Assembly (NCBI GenBank): GCA_965637545.1 | Contig: OZ281496.1 | Coordinates: forward strand, 21,762,001-21,826,000 | Length of the DNA: 64,000 nucleotides | Origin: Phallusia mammillata | Lineage: Eukaryota | Reading direction: 5' to 3' | In this document: piece by piece, positions 1-21,500 of the stretch | How positions within the stretch are numbered: the first letter of the stretch is position 1 | How the letters are laid out: every line of letters begins with the position of its first letter | Notes under the pieces: generated by a model | The model's input: only the letters and a program-made list of their open reading frames with translations | Told to the model about the DNA's origin: nothing | Databases searched by the model: none | Translations under genes and position numbers: made by a program

Positions 1-118
1 ACACTTTTTTGTAGTTATGTCATTTTCATGTTACATTGATCAAGAATGCTAAACTTAAGCAAAAAATGCAAAATTAATGCATATGTCAGGGGATACATAA
101 CTTAAGAAAAACATTACT

Positions 119-1364
119 TTTGTCCTACTAAGAATACGGCAGTCTCCAATTTGACTACAAAGATGCACAAATTTGTCCATTTGCTTGCATAGATAGCGAA
201 CACCTTCACACTTTGTAACTGTTTCATCAACCCATGTGATTCGGTCACTGCGTATTCTTGTGGTGCCCAAATTGCTACCTTGTCTAACAATTTCACCATC
301 AGCGAAATGGCCTGGCTTTGAGTAAAGACCCTTTACATCATTCAGCAACTGCAAAAAAAGTAAATAAAGTCTAATTTAGTTTAAAATACAACACAATTTA
401 GCCAACCATTTGCAGATTTTAAAGCAGCATGATACAGTCTTTTGCGTTTAAAATTCCTGACAGCTATCCTGCCATACATAAGTCCTAGGCACTTGGCTTT
501 AAATTTACCATTTCTGCTTGATCTTCTGGAAGAAAGTTATCGAACATACAAATGCCCATTTTTTCCATGTCGCTCCATATGGCTCTGGCCTTTTGTTCAT
601 CAACTTCAGTCACGTCAGATTTGTTAAATGGGTCCATCTTTACTGAATTCTGGGCAGCCCAAAGCTTTGAGGATTGGACTGCAGGTGCTTCGTTTGGTTC
701 CTCTAAAAATAGCATTAAATCAATGAACTTGTACATTTATCAGGCAACCAACCAATTTTATTTTAATTTATTTATCTTGTCTTGAAGACAGTGGTGGGAT
801 TCAGCCGGTTCACACCGGTTCTATAAAACCGTCTCAAGAAATTTCAAGAGATCAGCGAACCGGTTAGCATTACTGGTTACTGTATATGACTTTTTGTAAC
901 AGAACCGGCTGAAAAATATGACTTTGGGATAGAACTGGCTGACGAAAAATTTGAATCCCACCACAACTGGAAGATCATACTGATCTTAGTTGTGCCAACA
1001 AACAACATATTTTGTACATTTGTGTACATAACCATAAGTTAAGGATAAGCTTTACAAACTACATTTTGATTTTAAGAAGGGAATAAATGAGAAGCTTGTT
1101 CTTGCCAGGATTTGCATCATTTAGGGCACTGGTGGTAGCAGATGATTCTCCATTTTGTACAGAAAGATTTGATATGCCCTCTCTGATGCTATTTTCTAAT
1201 CCATTAGTATCTTCTTTAAGCTGAACAATTTTTTTACAAGCCTTTTTGTGGGCTTTCCAGTCCTGTTTCTGGTGTTCCCTACTACAATATGCTGCGCTAT
1301 GACATTTTGAGCACCACTGGAGTTTATCTTCACTATCGCACACTTGACATTTTTGTGAAGACAT
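119..1364 (-). CDS. EGLN1: HIF prolyl hydroxylase with N-terminal MYND zinc finger (EGLN1/PHD2-like), 5' part; continues beyond the left edge
   Basis: Exons 1364-1106, 702-509 and 348-119 join in phase. MYND finger CQVC..CSKC..YCSREHQKQDWKAHKKAC. Catalytic-domain N-terminal part GICMFDNFL...RSDRITWVD...SRTK, ending at a GT donor after RTK as in vertebrate EGLN1. Intron 1 needs a GC donor. Confidence 0.93.
789..966. mobile_element. hAT-type MITE (CAGTGGTGGGATTCA family), copy 1, in EGLN intron 1
   Basis: TIR CAGTGGTGGGATTCA / TGAATCCCACCAC(AA). 8-bp TSD CTTGAAGA/CTGGAAGA. Close second copy at 27408-27587. Confidence 0.85.
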
Positions 1365-1612
1365 AATTAGACATCCCTTGTCTGGTCACAACATCACCTC
1401 TTATGGCGCACCATTGTTTTTTCAACACAAAATGATTGTCAACAGCAATATGACTATATATAGGTTCCTGCTGATCAGAGGAACAAACAAGAAAACAATA
1501 CTTCAGCAAAACATAAACTTTGTTTTAAAAAGTGTGAAGTTTAGGTATGGATGGTTGCCAACCTTCCCTTATTTCAGAGCACATTCTTTTTACTCTGCTC
1601 TATATTTTGTTG

Positions 1613-2015
1613 GGGTGACACTAAAACGTTGAATGGGCGGGACGTCGCGGAAATCGCTCAATATCGGGTAAATTGCTGACGGTTAGTGCTATTAGGGTTA
1701 GGTTGAGGTTTTATAATAGTATATGAATCAAAAAATGTCCCTGCCTAAAACTTATTCAACTATTTCCTGACATTAGGCCAAAATGCTATGGCGGGACGTC
1801 GCGGGAGATGGCGGGACGTTTCGGGCGCGGAATGTAGTGTTCGGCGGAATTTTTTTTAATGATTTACTATTATAAAACCTTATCCCAACCTTAATAGCTC
1901 CAACCGTCAGCAATTTAACCCGATATTTAGAGGTTTTCACGACGTCCCGCCATCTCCCGCGACGTCCCGCCCTCCATTCCACCCATCCCGCCCATTCAGC
2001 GTTTTAGTGTCACCC
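1613..2015. mobile_element. Non-autonomous TIR element (GGG termini, 8-bp TSD; Merlin- or Mutator-like)
   Basis: 30-bp TIR GGGTGACACTAAAACGTTGAATGGGCGGGA / TCCCGCCCATTCAGCGTTTTAGTGTCACCC. Perfect TSD TTTTGTTG at 1605-1612 and 2016-2023. Internal inverted GGCGGGACGTCGCGGGAGATGGCGGGACGT blocks. Confidence 0.85.
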
Positions 2016-2612
2016 TTTTGTTGTTCTTGTCAAGGTTTAAAATGACAATTGATTCGTAAAAAATGTGTAATACCATTTTATTCTACGAGTTTATATTATC
2101 TAATAGCCAAAATTAAAGAAACAAATTATCTTTTTAAATTAAAAATAAATTTTCTTTTTTTCATGTAAAGGCTTGTTTAAAAACTTTAAAGATGACACCA
2201 ATTTTTGGCTAAATGAATACTTTAGTGCAAGTTTACCTAACTAGGTTACTTAATGGCAAATCAGAAATATATTTTGGCCACAAGCATACCATCTGGTCTC
2301 CTTCATCCTAAATGCCAAAAATATCCTTTTTTTGAAAAAAACATGGCAAGCTATCAGTCCATGTCACCTAAAATATCCAACATCGGGGTTTGAAATGTGT
2401 GAACAAACAGCGTATTACAGTTCTAAATCCAACTTCTTATCATAACTTTCGTGAATTTAAGGTTTCGTTTTGTTCAAAAATGCAGACCCATTTTGTACAC
2501 GCAATGACCTTCTCGTTAGCACTGCCGTGATTAGATAAATCTGTTTGCAAATTCATGAGGCAATTTATAGTAATTCGATAATAGTACACTCCATTTACCA
2601 ATTCACATACAT

Positions 2613-4547
2613 CACGTTTACCAAGTTTTACGTTATGTAACAAATCAGGCGCTACTTATCCGGATAAAATTTTATCCGGTGTACTACAAACTTCATTAAA
2701 TTTTGACTCATTCTGTCCCCCAAAATCAAGAAAGTTGTGTTTTAGCAGTTTTTTTCTACCGTGCAAGTATTCAGCACAAAAAATTTGCAAAACTGTGTAA
2801 ATAAATGACTTCAGTGGAAAAGAGGGCCCATAAAATTTAATATTAGGCCAGTTTATAAATGACATGTGTATAAATAGTCTAACTTCTTTGCCCTTGCAAA
2901 ACGTTTAGGTTTGAAACCGAATCAGCCAAGAATTTCACAAAATAACGATAGCGTTGTTTTAAGTGGCGTTTTATTAATACCAGGCGTCCATTACAGTAAA
3001 CTGCGACATCACGTAAACCATATCCTATCTTTGTCTGACTGCAACAGAAAACGACATAGTCAACTCATAACAATGTCGGAAATTACAATCATATAAAAAT
3101 ATCAACTAAAACTAAAGGCATTCCGATGATGTCAGAAACTACTTGAGTTGCGACAAAACTTAAAAAACGCAGACTCATTGCGCTTCTCTTTCGTGAGTTT
3201 GCGGTGTTACCATAAAAAGAACAGGAGGTTCAGCGTTACTTTTCGCTGGGATACCTTTTCTAGTTGCCGCTGTGGTGGTTTTCACTTCTCCGCTGGCAGT
3301 CCGGTACAGCAGCTTGTCAGTGCCGTTTTCTTGCATCCGGAAGCTTTTAACAGTAAATTTAATAAAAACCCTTTACGCTAGCATAAGCAGCTACAGTGCT
3401 CGTCCCATTCTGCACGTAAGCAATGGCTTGACTGTTTGAACAACCCGGCGTTCACACGATCAGTACACCACGGGCTCGGACTAGACATCCACGTTCAAGC
3501 CCAGTACAAAGCAGAATTGTTATTTGCACAATTGATTTCAAGTTCCCAATACACGTAATGCAAACAAACAAGGCTAACTGACTGCTTACGCCCCGACTAA
3601 AACGACTTACGAACGTTTACGTATCAAAGGAAGTAATATATATCGCTGCAACTTGGCTATGCACTTACTGGTATAGAGTTACCATAGTGGGTGCACGAAA
3701 ACGCAAAAATTATACAAATTATTAGGAAAGAAACTGTTTTTCGGTTGGTAATGGCAAATGTATCCGAATGCTTAAAATACGTAAGTTTATATTTTTTTAA
3801 ATTGCAAAACTGATTTTGTATTCAGAATTAAGGACCAAATCAGTTTCGGTTTCAAGTTAAAAAAAATTGACCTTTGTTCAACCACCTTTTATGTAATAAT
3901 CTTTATCAAACACATTGCAAGTGATCAAAGTTGTAGGTTTACATTGACTACGTGCATTTGGGTAATGAGTAGGCTACAGGCGTGTCAGGAATGTTGGCTC
4001 AACCGCAGCGAACCAAAGGTAAATTCTGATGTTATTCATTATCAGACAAAGAATTTAACACGTTTACTACTAACTCTTTAAATAAATATCGCAGTTATTA
4101 GATTTTTGCTAAACTTATTTTTTGTCGGTTAACTACGTGATGTAGAACGAACAAAATCAGTACATTTTTAGTTCATTCATTCAACTGCTCTTTGAACAGA
4201 CCGACAAGGTCCAACCTTTGGGCGTCCATTTAAAATTCGCTTATAAATTTGCACCTACACGACAAAACATGTTTTTTGGGGTTTGCTAATTTGCATATTT
4301 CTTTCAAGTATATTTGATCTCTATTGAAAAACTTTTTGTAACCTAAGGAATCTCCCGCAGACAATAGAATGTAAAAAAGAAAGATTCTTGCTTCTTATCA
4401 GTAGTATAACACGTATAATACTGATCTCTATTGGTTAGTAAGTTGGTCTTGACAAAATCTATAGATATAAGACTTTCTGCATTTGGATTACACAACATAC
4501 GTGTAGGAGGAAGTTTAGTTCTTTTTCCTTGATAGCAAATCCACGTG
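2613..4547. promoter_or_regulatory. Cluster of ACGTG (HRE core) motifs upstream of the PHD gene
   Basis: 11 ACGTG/CACGT cores at 2613, 3010, 3413, 3490, 3552, 3949, 4059, 4134, 4410, 4498 and 4542. Function is inferred from position only. Confidence 0.45.
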
Positions 4548-4945
4548 TTATTTTTGATTATAGAATATTTGGTTCAATTGATATTTGAGGGATTCGCACT
4601 GTTTTTTTCACAACCCAATTACGTAATACTGTTTTTAAATATCATCAAAAGTACAGTTTGGCTTCCAAAGAGCCTGTTGAATTTATTCGCGCCAATTTCA
4701 CAACAGTCAAGCTGAGGAACATTACCGTCGAGAGGCAAAGAAAAAAACACAATAACAAATGTTTCACGGTTTTGCACAAGACGCGGGGTCGATTTCTTCA
4801 CAAGGAATATCGCTGGGGAAAGGTTACCCCGCAAATCCTCTTCATTTTTGTACGAAAACCTATAGCCCGGGCCTAAAAAGAATATACAGCTTAAAACATT
4901 GGTTTTACACTGGTTTGTTTAAATGTTATTACCGCTAGGTGGCGA

Positions 4946-13724
<8,779 letters not shown>

Positions 13725-15572
13725 GACTTTGAAAAGTTGATCTGCAAAGTGCAAACCTTACTGGAAAAGATCAAAACAAAACGTTTTGCTTGCGCACTGC
13801 AAAATTAGCAGGTGTTGCCCAAACATAGAAATCAAAAATAAGTTTAAGTCACTGATCTCTATGGGGATTTCTGTCATACGCGCAAGTCTTTACGTGTGTA
13901 TTTTAAGATATCATGTAAATTAGTTAAACAGCCAAACAGGATGTTTTGATGTGTAACAACTAAATGTTTGTATCTAAACTTACTGTTGAAATCTTTTTAG
14001 GGAACTGCAATAACCGGGCAAAAGCACACTCTGGAGAGAATGTTTAAGAATGGCAGCAATTCGACAATCTTTCATTTCTACTAGCTATTGATTTTATACC
14101 ACGAGCTAAGTAGAAAACGAATGACTGCCGATTGAATATTTTGAGATTAGGTTTGGATTAGTCAGCACAAATTTATGGGACATCCGATTAAAGGAAAATA
14201 CAAGGTTCTTCAGCCGCAATCACTAATGCAGCGAAGGTAAGGCGATGCAAATTTCCTAAATCGATTGTCCTGTCGGACTTAAAATGTATTGCTTTTCCTT
14301 CCATGAAATGTTGTAGAGTTTCGACGCAGTGTGGGTAGGCCTACACTTCGTAGAGGTGTAGACAAACACCTATCGCAAAAGGTTTAAATTTTGCAGAAGT
14401 TTAACGCTGTTTAATTAGTTCTTTAGATCAGACAACACGAAATGTAAAAAGTAAGGTATCTTACATTTTAAATCGAATCTGTTAATCTTATGATTTTGGA
14501 ATTTCATGCATATGCAACAGAATTTTATAACCTGTTTGTTAATGTCTTCAATGCTATTCGGTATTGTTAGTTAGTTCAAGAAACCTTCATAGGTAGACAA
14601 GCAGTGAATGTAAAAAAAACAGGTGATGTAGGAGTTTAAGTTCAATTCAAACGTAGTGACAAATTGCCAGTTTGTATTATTTTTAAGCTAATTGAAACTT
14701 GATTTTTATTTGAAGTTTAAACACACTGAAGAATATGATACGACAAAAATGGGCATTTTAAAGCATAAATTAATGGATGTAAAATATTGGTGTACAATCA
14801 ATTATATGCCTCAGTGGCAATCAAGGTTGGGTTATAGAGGCAGTGAAAGGAAGGACAAGGCTTTAATTGAAAGTGAATAAATAATTTAATACAAGCTATT
14901 TTTCAATCATGCAATTAATTCAGGGTCTACTGATCAGTTATGTAACTCAATGTGCTGCCAAGTTTGCTTGTTGAAAATACGAATAGAACGTATAAAAATA
15001 TTAACAAATTTGTCTATAGTGTAGATTAGAGCAAGAAAGTTAAGTAAATGTTGCATAATTTACAGACCTGAACGTAAGGTCTCGCAAAAGACAAACTTTA
15101 ATTAGGGTGAAATAAATAAGGCTTGAAATGCGTAATGATATAAAGCGCATAACAGTCAGATGTTTTTTTGCGAGCACAAGGTTTTAAAATATTTAACATA
15201 GCGTTTCATGCGTTTTATTGTACGAATTCAGGCATTGTCGAGGGCGACCGCCAAATAAACTTGTATAATGTCAGGTAACCAGGCTAAAGTATGATTACCT
15301 GTGATTTCAAAGTAATGAAAATGACCCTTTAAGTTGCAGTGATGATGGATACTATGCGTTTAGACATGTGCAGAAAAAAACTAATATATTCATAACTTAT
15401 ATCTAAAAATTGACTGGCATTCAAAGGAAACACTAACTTTAGTTAATTTTGTTGATGTGCTGTTTCCAAATTTTAAAGTCATTTACTTCATTTATCTTGT
15501 ACAGATGAATACTTGGTGACAATAGATAGTTGATAAAATTTGTCGAAAATTTGGCACCACCACATTAACATA

Positions 15573-18500
15573 ATGACTACAAATAATCCAAGAAGGGGCT
15601 CTCAATGGGCTCGATCAACCTGGAAAAGAGCTCTTGAGGGGGCCTTGATTTCGCCTTTGTTCGATGATGGCACCATGATTATAAGTAGTGACCACAACGA
15701 TGGAGTGTTGCTCAACGTACAAGCTCTTGACCAGGTAAACAGTGCAATCAATAATAATAAAAAAACGGTTACAGATTACTGAGTTGATGGTCGACCACCT
15801 TTTTGCGCATATGCGGTTTCGTGTCTACAGCTACCCCTTTGTCGCATATGGTTGGTCCAATTGTCACAATCGCTTAATGGCATGGTAAAGCTGTAGCAGG
15901 TTAAGCATGAACTTATATTGTGCCCTTCACTATTATTAAGGCCTTGTTATATAGTGTACATATGTCGCTATCTGAATCTTGTTAAGCGAAATGATCTCAA
16001 CTCAACTCAAACCATAAGAAACCGACAGGTCGGTCTAAACCGGTGGTTCCCAACCTTTTTTTGTCGCGACCCAAATACTTCCCAAAATTTAGTTTTGTGG
16101 ATTCTCGCGACCCATAAACATACATTCATACTATTTTGGGTTGATTTTTGTTTGTAAATCAGGAAAGCTTTTCGAAAATTACTGCGCCAATTTGAAAAAT
16201 CAAATAATATTCGTTTATTTTTAACCGACTTAGAGCTGGTTCAAAGCATTATCAGCCAGACAACGCTTAACAGTGATCTCACACAAATATTATGACGTCA
16301 CAATCAGAATTAACCACTACCATGCCAAATTGTCATGAAATTATTATTGGGCAACAATTTATAGCCTTGGGAAATAATAAAATAACGCTACGAAACGAAG
16401 TCAAGGAGTAGATGCTTTTATTCCCACAAAAACAGGCGACCCAACAGAATTGTCAGGCGACCCAACTTTGGGTCGCGACCCATAGGTTGGGAAACACTGG
16501 TCTAAACTAATGTTCAAACTATCACAAAGGAAAACTTTTTGAATCCATTTAAACGGAGTTGCAATAAATGTACTGCGACTCGTTATAACCAAATGTATTC
16601 ACTTTTTTCGCTGTAGCGAGTGATTTCCGATCTTGAGAACCCCCAACCATAATTGCAAAAATTCTTATAATAGGTTTTCATTACTGTAACCTGGTTAGGA
16701 TAAATTAACGAGTTTATTGCAATCGATATTTTCACCGACATTCTTGCTAATTTTATGCAGGAAGAAGACAACACAACAGGAAAAAACAAACAAGCTGATC
16801 AAGGTTTGCAGTTTCCGCCGCGGCAAAGCGTCCTTACTAGGGTAATTAAATTGTCTTGCCTGTATCTAGAATTAACAACCATTTAATCTACTGCAATCCA
16901 ATTAAAACCGGTTGCACAAGGTGTACAGTTAAATGGTAATTTGTGTAAAATGTTGTTTCTCCTTCTGATTACCATAATGATGAATGACGGTAGGTTTCTA
17001 GCTGTAGGGCGTTGTGCCCTGGTGCCCTGGTGCGCCATTGAACCTGTATCGGTTTTATACTAGCACACCCGCCTTATAATGCCTGCACAACTAATATAAT
17101 ATAATGTTTTATTTTTACAGTACGTCGTTTAAATATTTTATGTAGGATCGTGTGCTTTGAGAAACTATTCCTTTACAACATATGGGCTACTAGTTTTAAA
17201 CAAAGAGAGCCGATAAAGTCGTACTAAATTTACAAAAATACTTACAAAAGTATATTTTTGACAAGAGAATTCAAAGGGTTCTGAATGAAAGTGTTTTCCT
17301 ATTTGGTAAAAAATGTTAGTTTCTTACCAAAAAGGCACATATAAAAAAACTTGCTAGTTTCTCGTAAGTATAATGGTTTGATAATGGAAAACCTACAATT
17401 TAATTTGCAACACTTTTGCTACACTGAGAAATAATATTTTGCTTTAAAACTGACATTTTACCACTATTGTGATTACGAGAAATTCTATAGCTTTGCTACT
17501 AACTAACTGCTAAGTTATATAGAAATTTTAACTCAACTCAAATCAGTTTTAGTTCTTTTCTATTCTACAGCTTACGGCCTTAATAGTTGAAATGCAGCAC
17601 GCAAGTACGGGACTTCCAACCGTTATTCAGAGTTTTAAGGGAATTTGTGACACATCCAGTTGCCAGGCAACCTGTGGAATGAACGCACCTTGTGCAAAAA
17701 CCGGTGTTCCCGACGCTTTTATGGCTTCTACACTTATCCAATGGCTCACGACCACCCTTGACATAACGTCATATGGAGGTACGTAACAAGGCATGCTTCC
17801 CGTAAAAGTTTTTGGTTGTTTATATTTGCTTGGGTGTTTGCGGAGTTGCAAGTCGGGCCTGGTTCAGTCCAAATGAAACAGGTTTGTTTAGGCCGCAGCG
17901 GTTCTCAAACCGTTGTCCGCGGCCCGGAAAGCAATTTCGCGGGGACCGCTAAGAGCTTGAAGAATTTTCAAGTTATTTGCTGTGAGATTGTGCTATGAAA
18001 AAAAATAATTCAAAGTAGAACTTAAGATTAACGTTCTTTACTGAACAATGCTGTTTATCTAATCACACGAAATTAACATAAATAGAATTGTTCGCGCACA
18101 ATCCTGATTTTTTAAAAACTCTATTCTGTGGAATGTAAGAAAATTGGCTATTGTTTCCACTAAATTTGTCGTTGTGTTTTATTTGTTTTGCGAAAACAAA
18201 TGTTATTCGCTTTTATAAGCATCATTGGCTATTGTTTGTTAACTAGAATTTTAAGTTGGCGAAAATATACATAAAGCTGTATAGACCGCGAGTCCTCGAG
18301 ATAGTGGAAAAAGAAGCGTTATGAACAAACTTTGGTTTGAGAACCACTGGATTAGGGCCCGACTCACTTGACCACATGTATGGTAATTTCACGTTGGTAA
18401 TCACATTTTTAGCCTAATCGTTTAAAAAACTGTTAAAAAACAATTTCAGACTTCCAACTATGTTTCGACTTGTTAGTGCATAAGTGCGTGTATCTGTTAC

Positions 18501-21500
18501 TATAGTTGAAACAAATGTACGAAATCAATCGTTGTACGCATCAAGGTAACTTGAACAGTACCTATCGCCAAGAGTAAAGCTCTTTTGTTAAATAAATTTA
18601 TATACGTTTACGCACTATCTAAATGTATTAATAGTCACAAAAACGAATTATAAGCAGCTTGTTCTGTGCAAAGATCAATAAATCAGTAAATTTTATTCAT
18701 TTTGGTTACACTAGAAACCCACAAGAGAGATCCATCTCATTGAAAAGAAACCCACAAGAGAGATCCAGGCTCATTGAAAAGACCATTACATTGGTTGAAT
18801 ATATCGATTTTTTTGTGGTGATTAATCACAAGTATTTGTTTTTACTAGAGGCCTGTCACCTGGCAACCATGATGTGCAGAATGGGGTTTATTTTTCCATG
18901 CACGACAGAGTGGAATGCGAGCGAACTAAGTGTTGGGGTTCAAGATGATAATGTCTTTTACCGATACCAGGTAATAATGCTTTTATTTAGCACAAAAAAC
19001 GACAATACGGCCCCATAACTTTAAAACAGTTTGAAAAACTGAATCCAGTTAAAGGCATGGTTTTCACATTGGCAAATGTTGGCAGTATGCGCATTCACCG
19101 GTAGAGCTACTAACCTTAGAACTCACGGTAGCCAGGTTTGCTTATTTCCGGTAGGTGGCGCATGCAAATATTTTAAATGCAGTTTGTGTAAAAAATCCCC
19201 GTGAAAAAAAAAAAAAAATGCTGACGGTTAGGGTTGTTAGGGTTTGTCTAAGGCAGTGGTTCTTAACCTTTTTGGTGTGGTTTCCCACTTAAGTAAATCA
19301 CCAAGTTCGAATTTCCCCCTCTGTTATTTTTATAATGATGTTTTGTGCCCAACATTAACAAAAAAATATTCTTTAATCGAAATAATTTTGTGAAGCGATT
19401 TGGTCAGGACCTTAAAGGGATACTGCAATCTTATTTAGTTTGAATAGTGATTTCGTGAGAAAGTAAAATCAGGTGGAATTTTGAAAAATCTCATGTGCTT
19501 GCATTAGTCATTTATTGCATCACAATCAACAGATCAAATGCATTTATTCGCGAACAATAACAAAGTCATTGATACTTTTAGTAATGTCTGTGACGTAACA
19601 AACGATTTTTTGGATTTTATGCGCCTTGTAAAACTAGGTGAAGTTAATCTTACATGTTGTTGCGGAAAATATTGTATTATAAATTAACTTTCAACGGTTA
19701 ATTTCAACCCACGGGCCCGAGTTGGGTGACTTCTGACTCACATAATTTCCCTCTAAAAACATTCAATTTTTCCCACCGGTTAAGAACTGGTCTAAGGTTT
19801 CATAATAATACTTACCAATAAAGTTAACCTAAAAACCCAGTTCTTTATATATTTTTTTTCCTAATCAGTCTAACTGTTAATTTAAATAACTGCACTCTTT
19901 ACGCTATCTATCGGCATTTAGCAAACCTTTTCTGCTGTTAGTTTTAACGTTACTAGCTCCACCGCATTCACTTTGTGTTTGGTTGTGGATTCTAATGCCA
20001 CTTACGTTTCTTTGAGCACGAAGCTTATTCGGCTACTTGATTAGCAATATCACTCACTTTTATGGCTCCAAACGTTAATTTGTTAAACAAATTTTCTCTT
20101 TGATTCACACTTGCCACATTAAAGTTATTGAATTGACTCAAGTCGTATTCTGCAAAAGCTTGATTTAGGTCAATAACTTCAACTCGGACAGATGATCCGC
20201 ATAGGTCTATTACAAAATAACTATTACTTTCATTTTGCACAGACACCCTACCATTGGCCTTCAGAAAATTTGGCTGCCACAGAAAATGACCACGGTAAGG
20301 CAAATTGAAATGCTTTAAACAAATTGCCAATTAGCATTTTGTATTTGTAGCCTGTTATCTCCTTTCGAGAGAAATGAATCCAGATTTTGCTCCGTTGGAT
20401 GAATACGAAACTGTAAGTTCGTGATCCATATGTGTACTTCACATGTTGAAATACATGTTTTAAAGTTTGTCTTCAAATCAAAATGACTTAACTCAAGCTT
20501 TTTTGTGTAAAGAAATGCTTAGCTCACCTGGAAAAGATGCTGAGTCATCAGTGGGGATTCAGCAATAGAGCAACAGCCGTCAAAGAAAAGTAGGTCACGT
20601 TTGACCAACGCTTTTTTATTAATTTAAATACAAATGTGGCTTTCAACTAACTACAAATTCAGCAAACCTGCGATTTTACCGTTTCCCGTTAAATTTTTAG
20701 TTATGGAACATTTAAGTTTGAAATCAGTTAAGCTAAGAGCAATTTCATTTCTCTAAAAGGATTTTTACATTTACAACCTTTTTGATAAAGTTTGGTTAAG
20801 TTTTTTTGGTCTTTTGCTTTATTACATTTCACTGTATTGCGCCAAAATCATCCCTTAAATAGGAAAAATAGAGGCAGGATTCGAACCTACAACTGTTTGA
20901 GGATAAAACTACTATGTGAAAATTTCAAAGAAATTTTGTCATAGAAAACTAACACGTAGTATTTCCTCTTTTCCATACTGCTGAAATCCAAAAGAGCCAT
21001 GCAAACATCTGTTTGTATTTTTGCTAGTTTATTGCAACAATGCTGCATCACTGACCAATACATCAAAAGGTGGCAAGAATATGCATTTTGGAAGATTAAC
21101 AGACCGCAATGTCACAAACGCTCAGCTGGAGGCCTTAACACCGAAAGCTGGAATTCCTGTCTACGGGGACTTAACAGAAATTTACCGTCAGAAAATCCAA
21201 AGCCCACAGGTGTTGTTTGGGACTGGAAATTGTAAACTGACACGAGAACATTATGATCGGCTTTTTTAATCGATAATATAATTGCAACAAACGCTATTGA
21301 ATTGTTTAAGCCAAAAATTATGATCAAATTATCTAGGTAAAGTCTACAAAATTAATTTTTTTTGGGCAACAATTCACTTCACTCTTTCGAAATACAATCA
21401 CGTCGAGTTGGATTAATAATTACGCAACATTAGATTATGTAGAGTCAAGAAGGGACATCGCATACATTTTTTATGGCCAATTTCATCCAGTTTAGTTAGA

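Noticed and set aside
2440-2865. Two same-frame minus-strand ORFs containing LDFGGQ (Roc GTPase-like)
   Set aside because: No P-loop or other Roc motif, an internal stop, and no coherent splice path.
2130-3336. Possible extra small spliced gene between DDX23 and EGLN (MQENGTDKLL.. exon 3336-3211, DEGDQMVCLWPK.. exon)
   Set aside because: The chain needs a 28-nt intron and has no recognisable domain. 3336-3211 may instead be a 5' UTR exon or uORF of EGLN, which I cannot support without reads.
20025-20330. 101-aa minus-strand ORF
   Set aside because: Overlaps an RGS exon on the opposite strand and has no recognisable domain.
20549-20563. CAGTGGGGATTCAG resembling the MITE TIR
   Set aside because: It lies in frame in an RGS coding exon (HQWGFS); no partner TIR or TSD.
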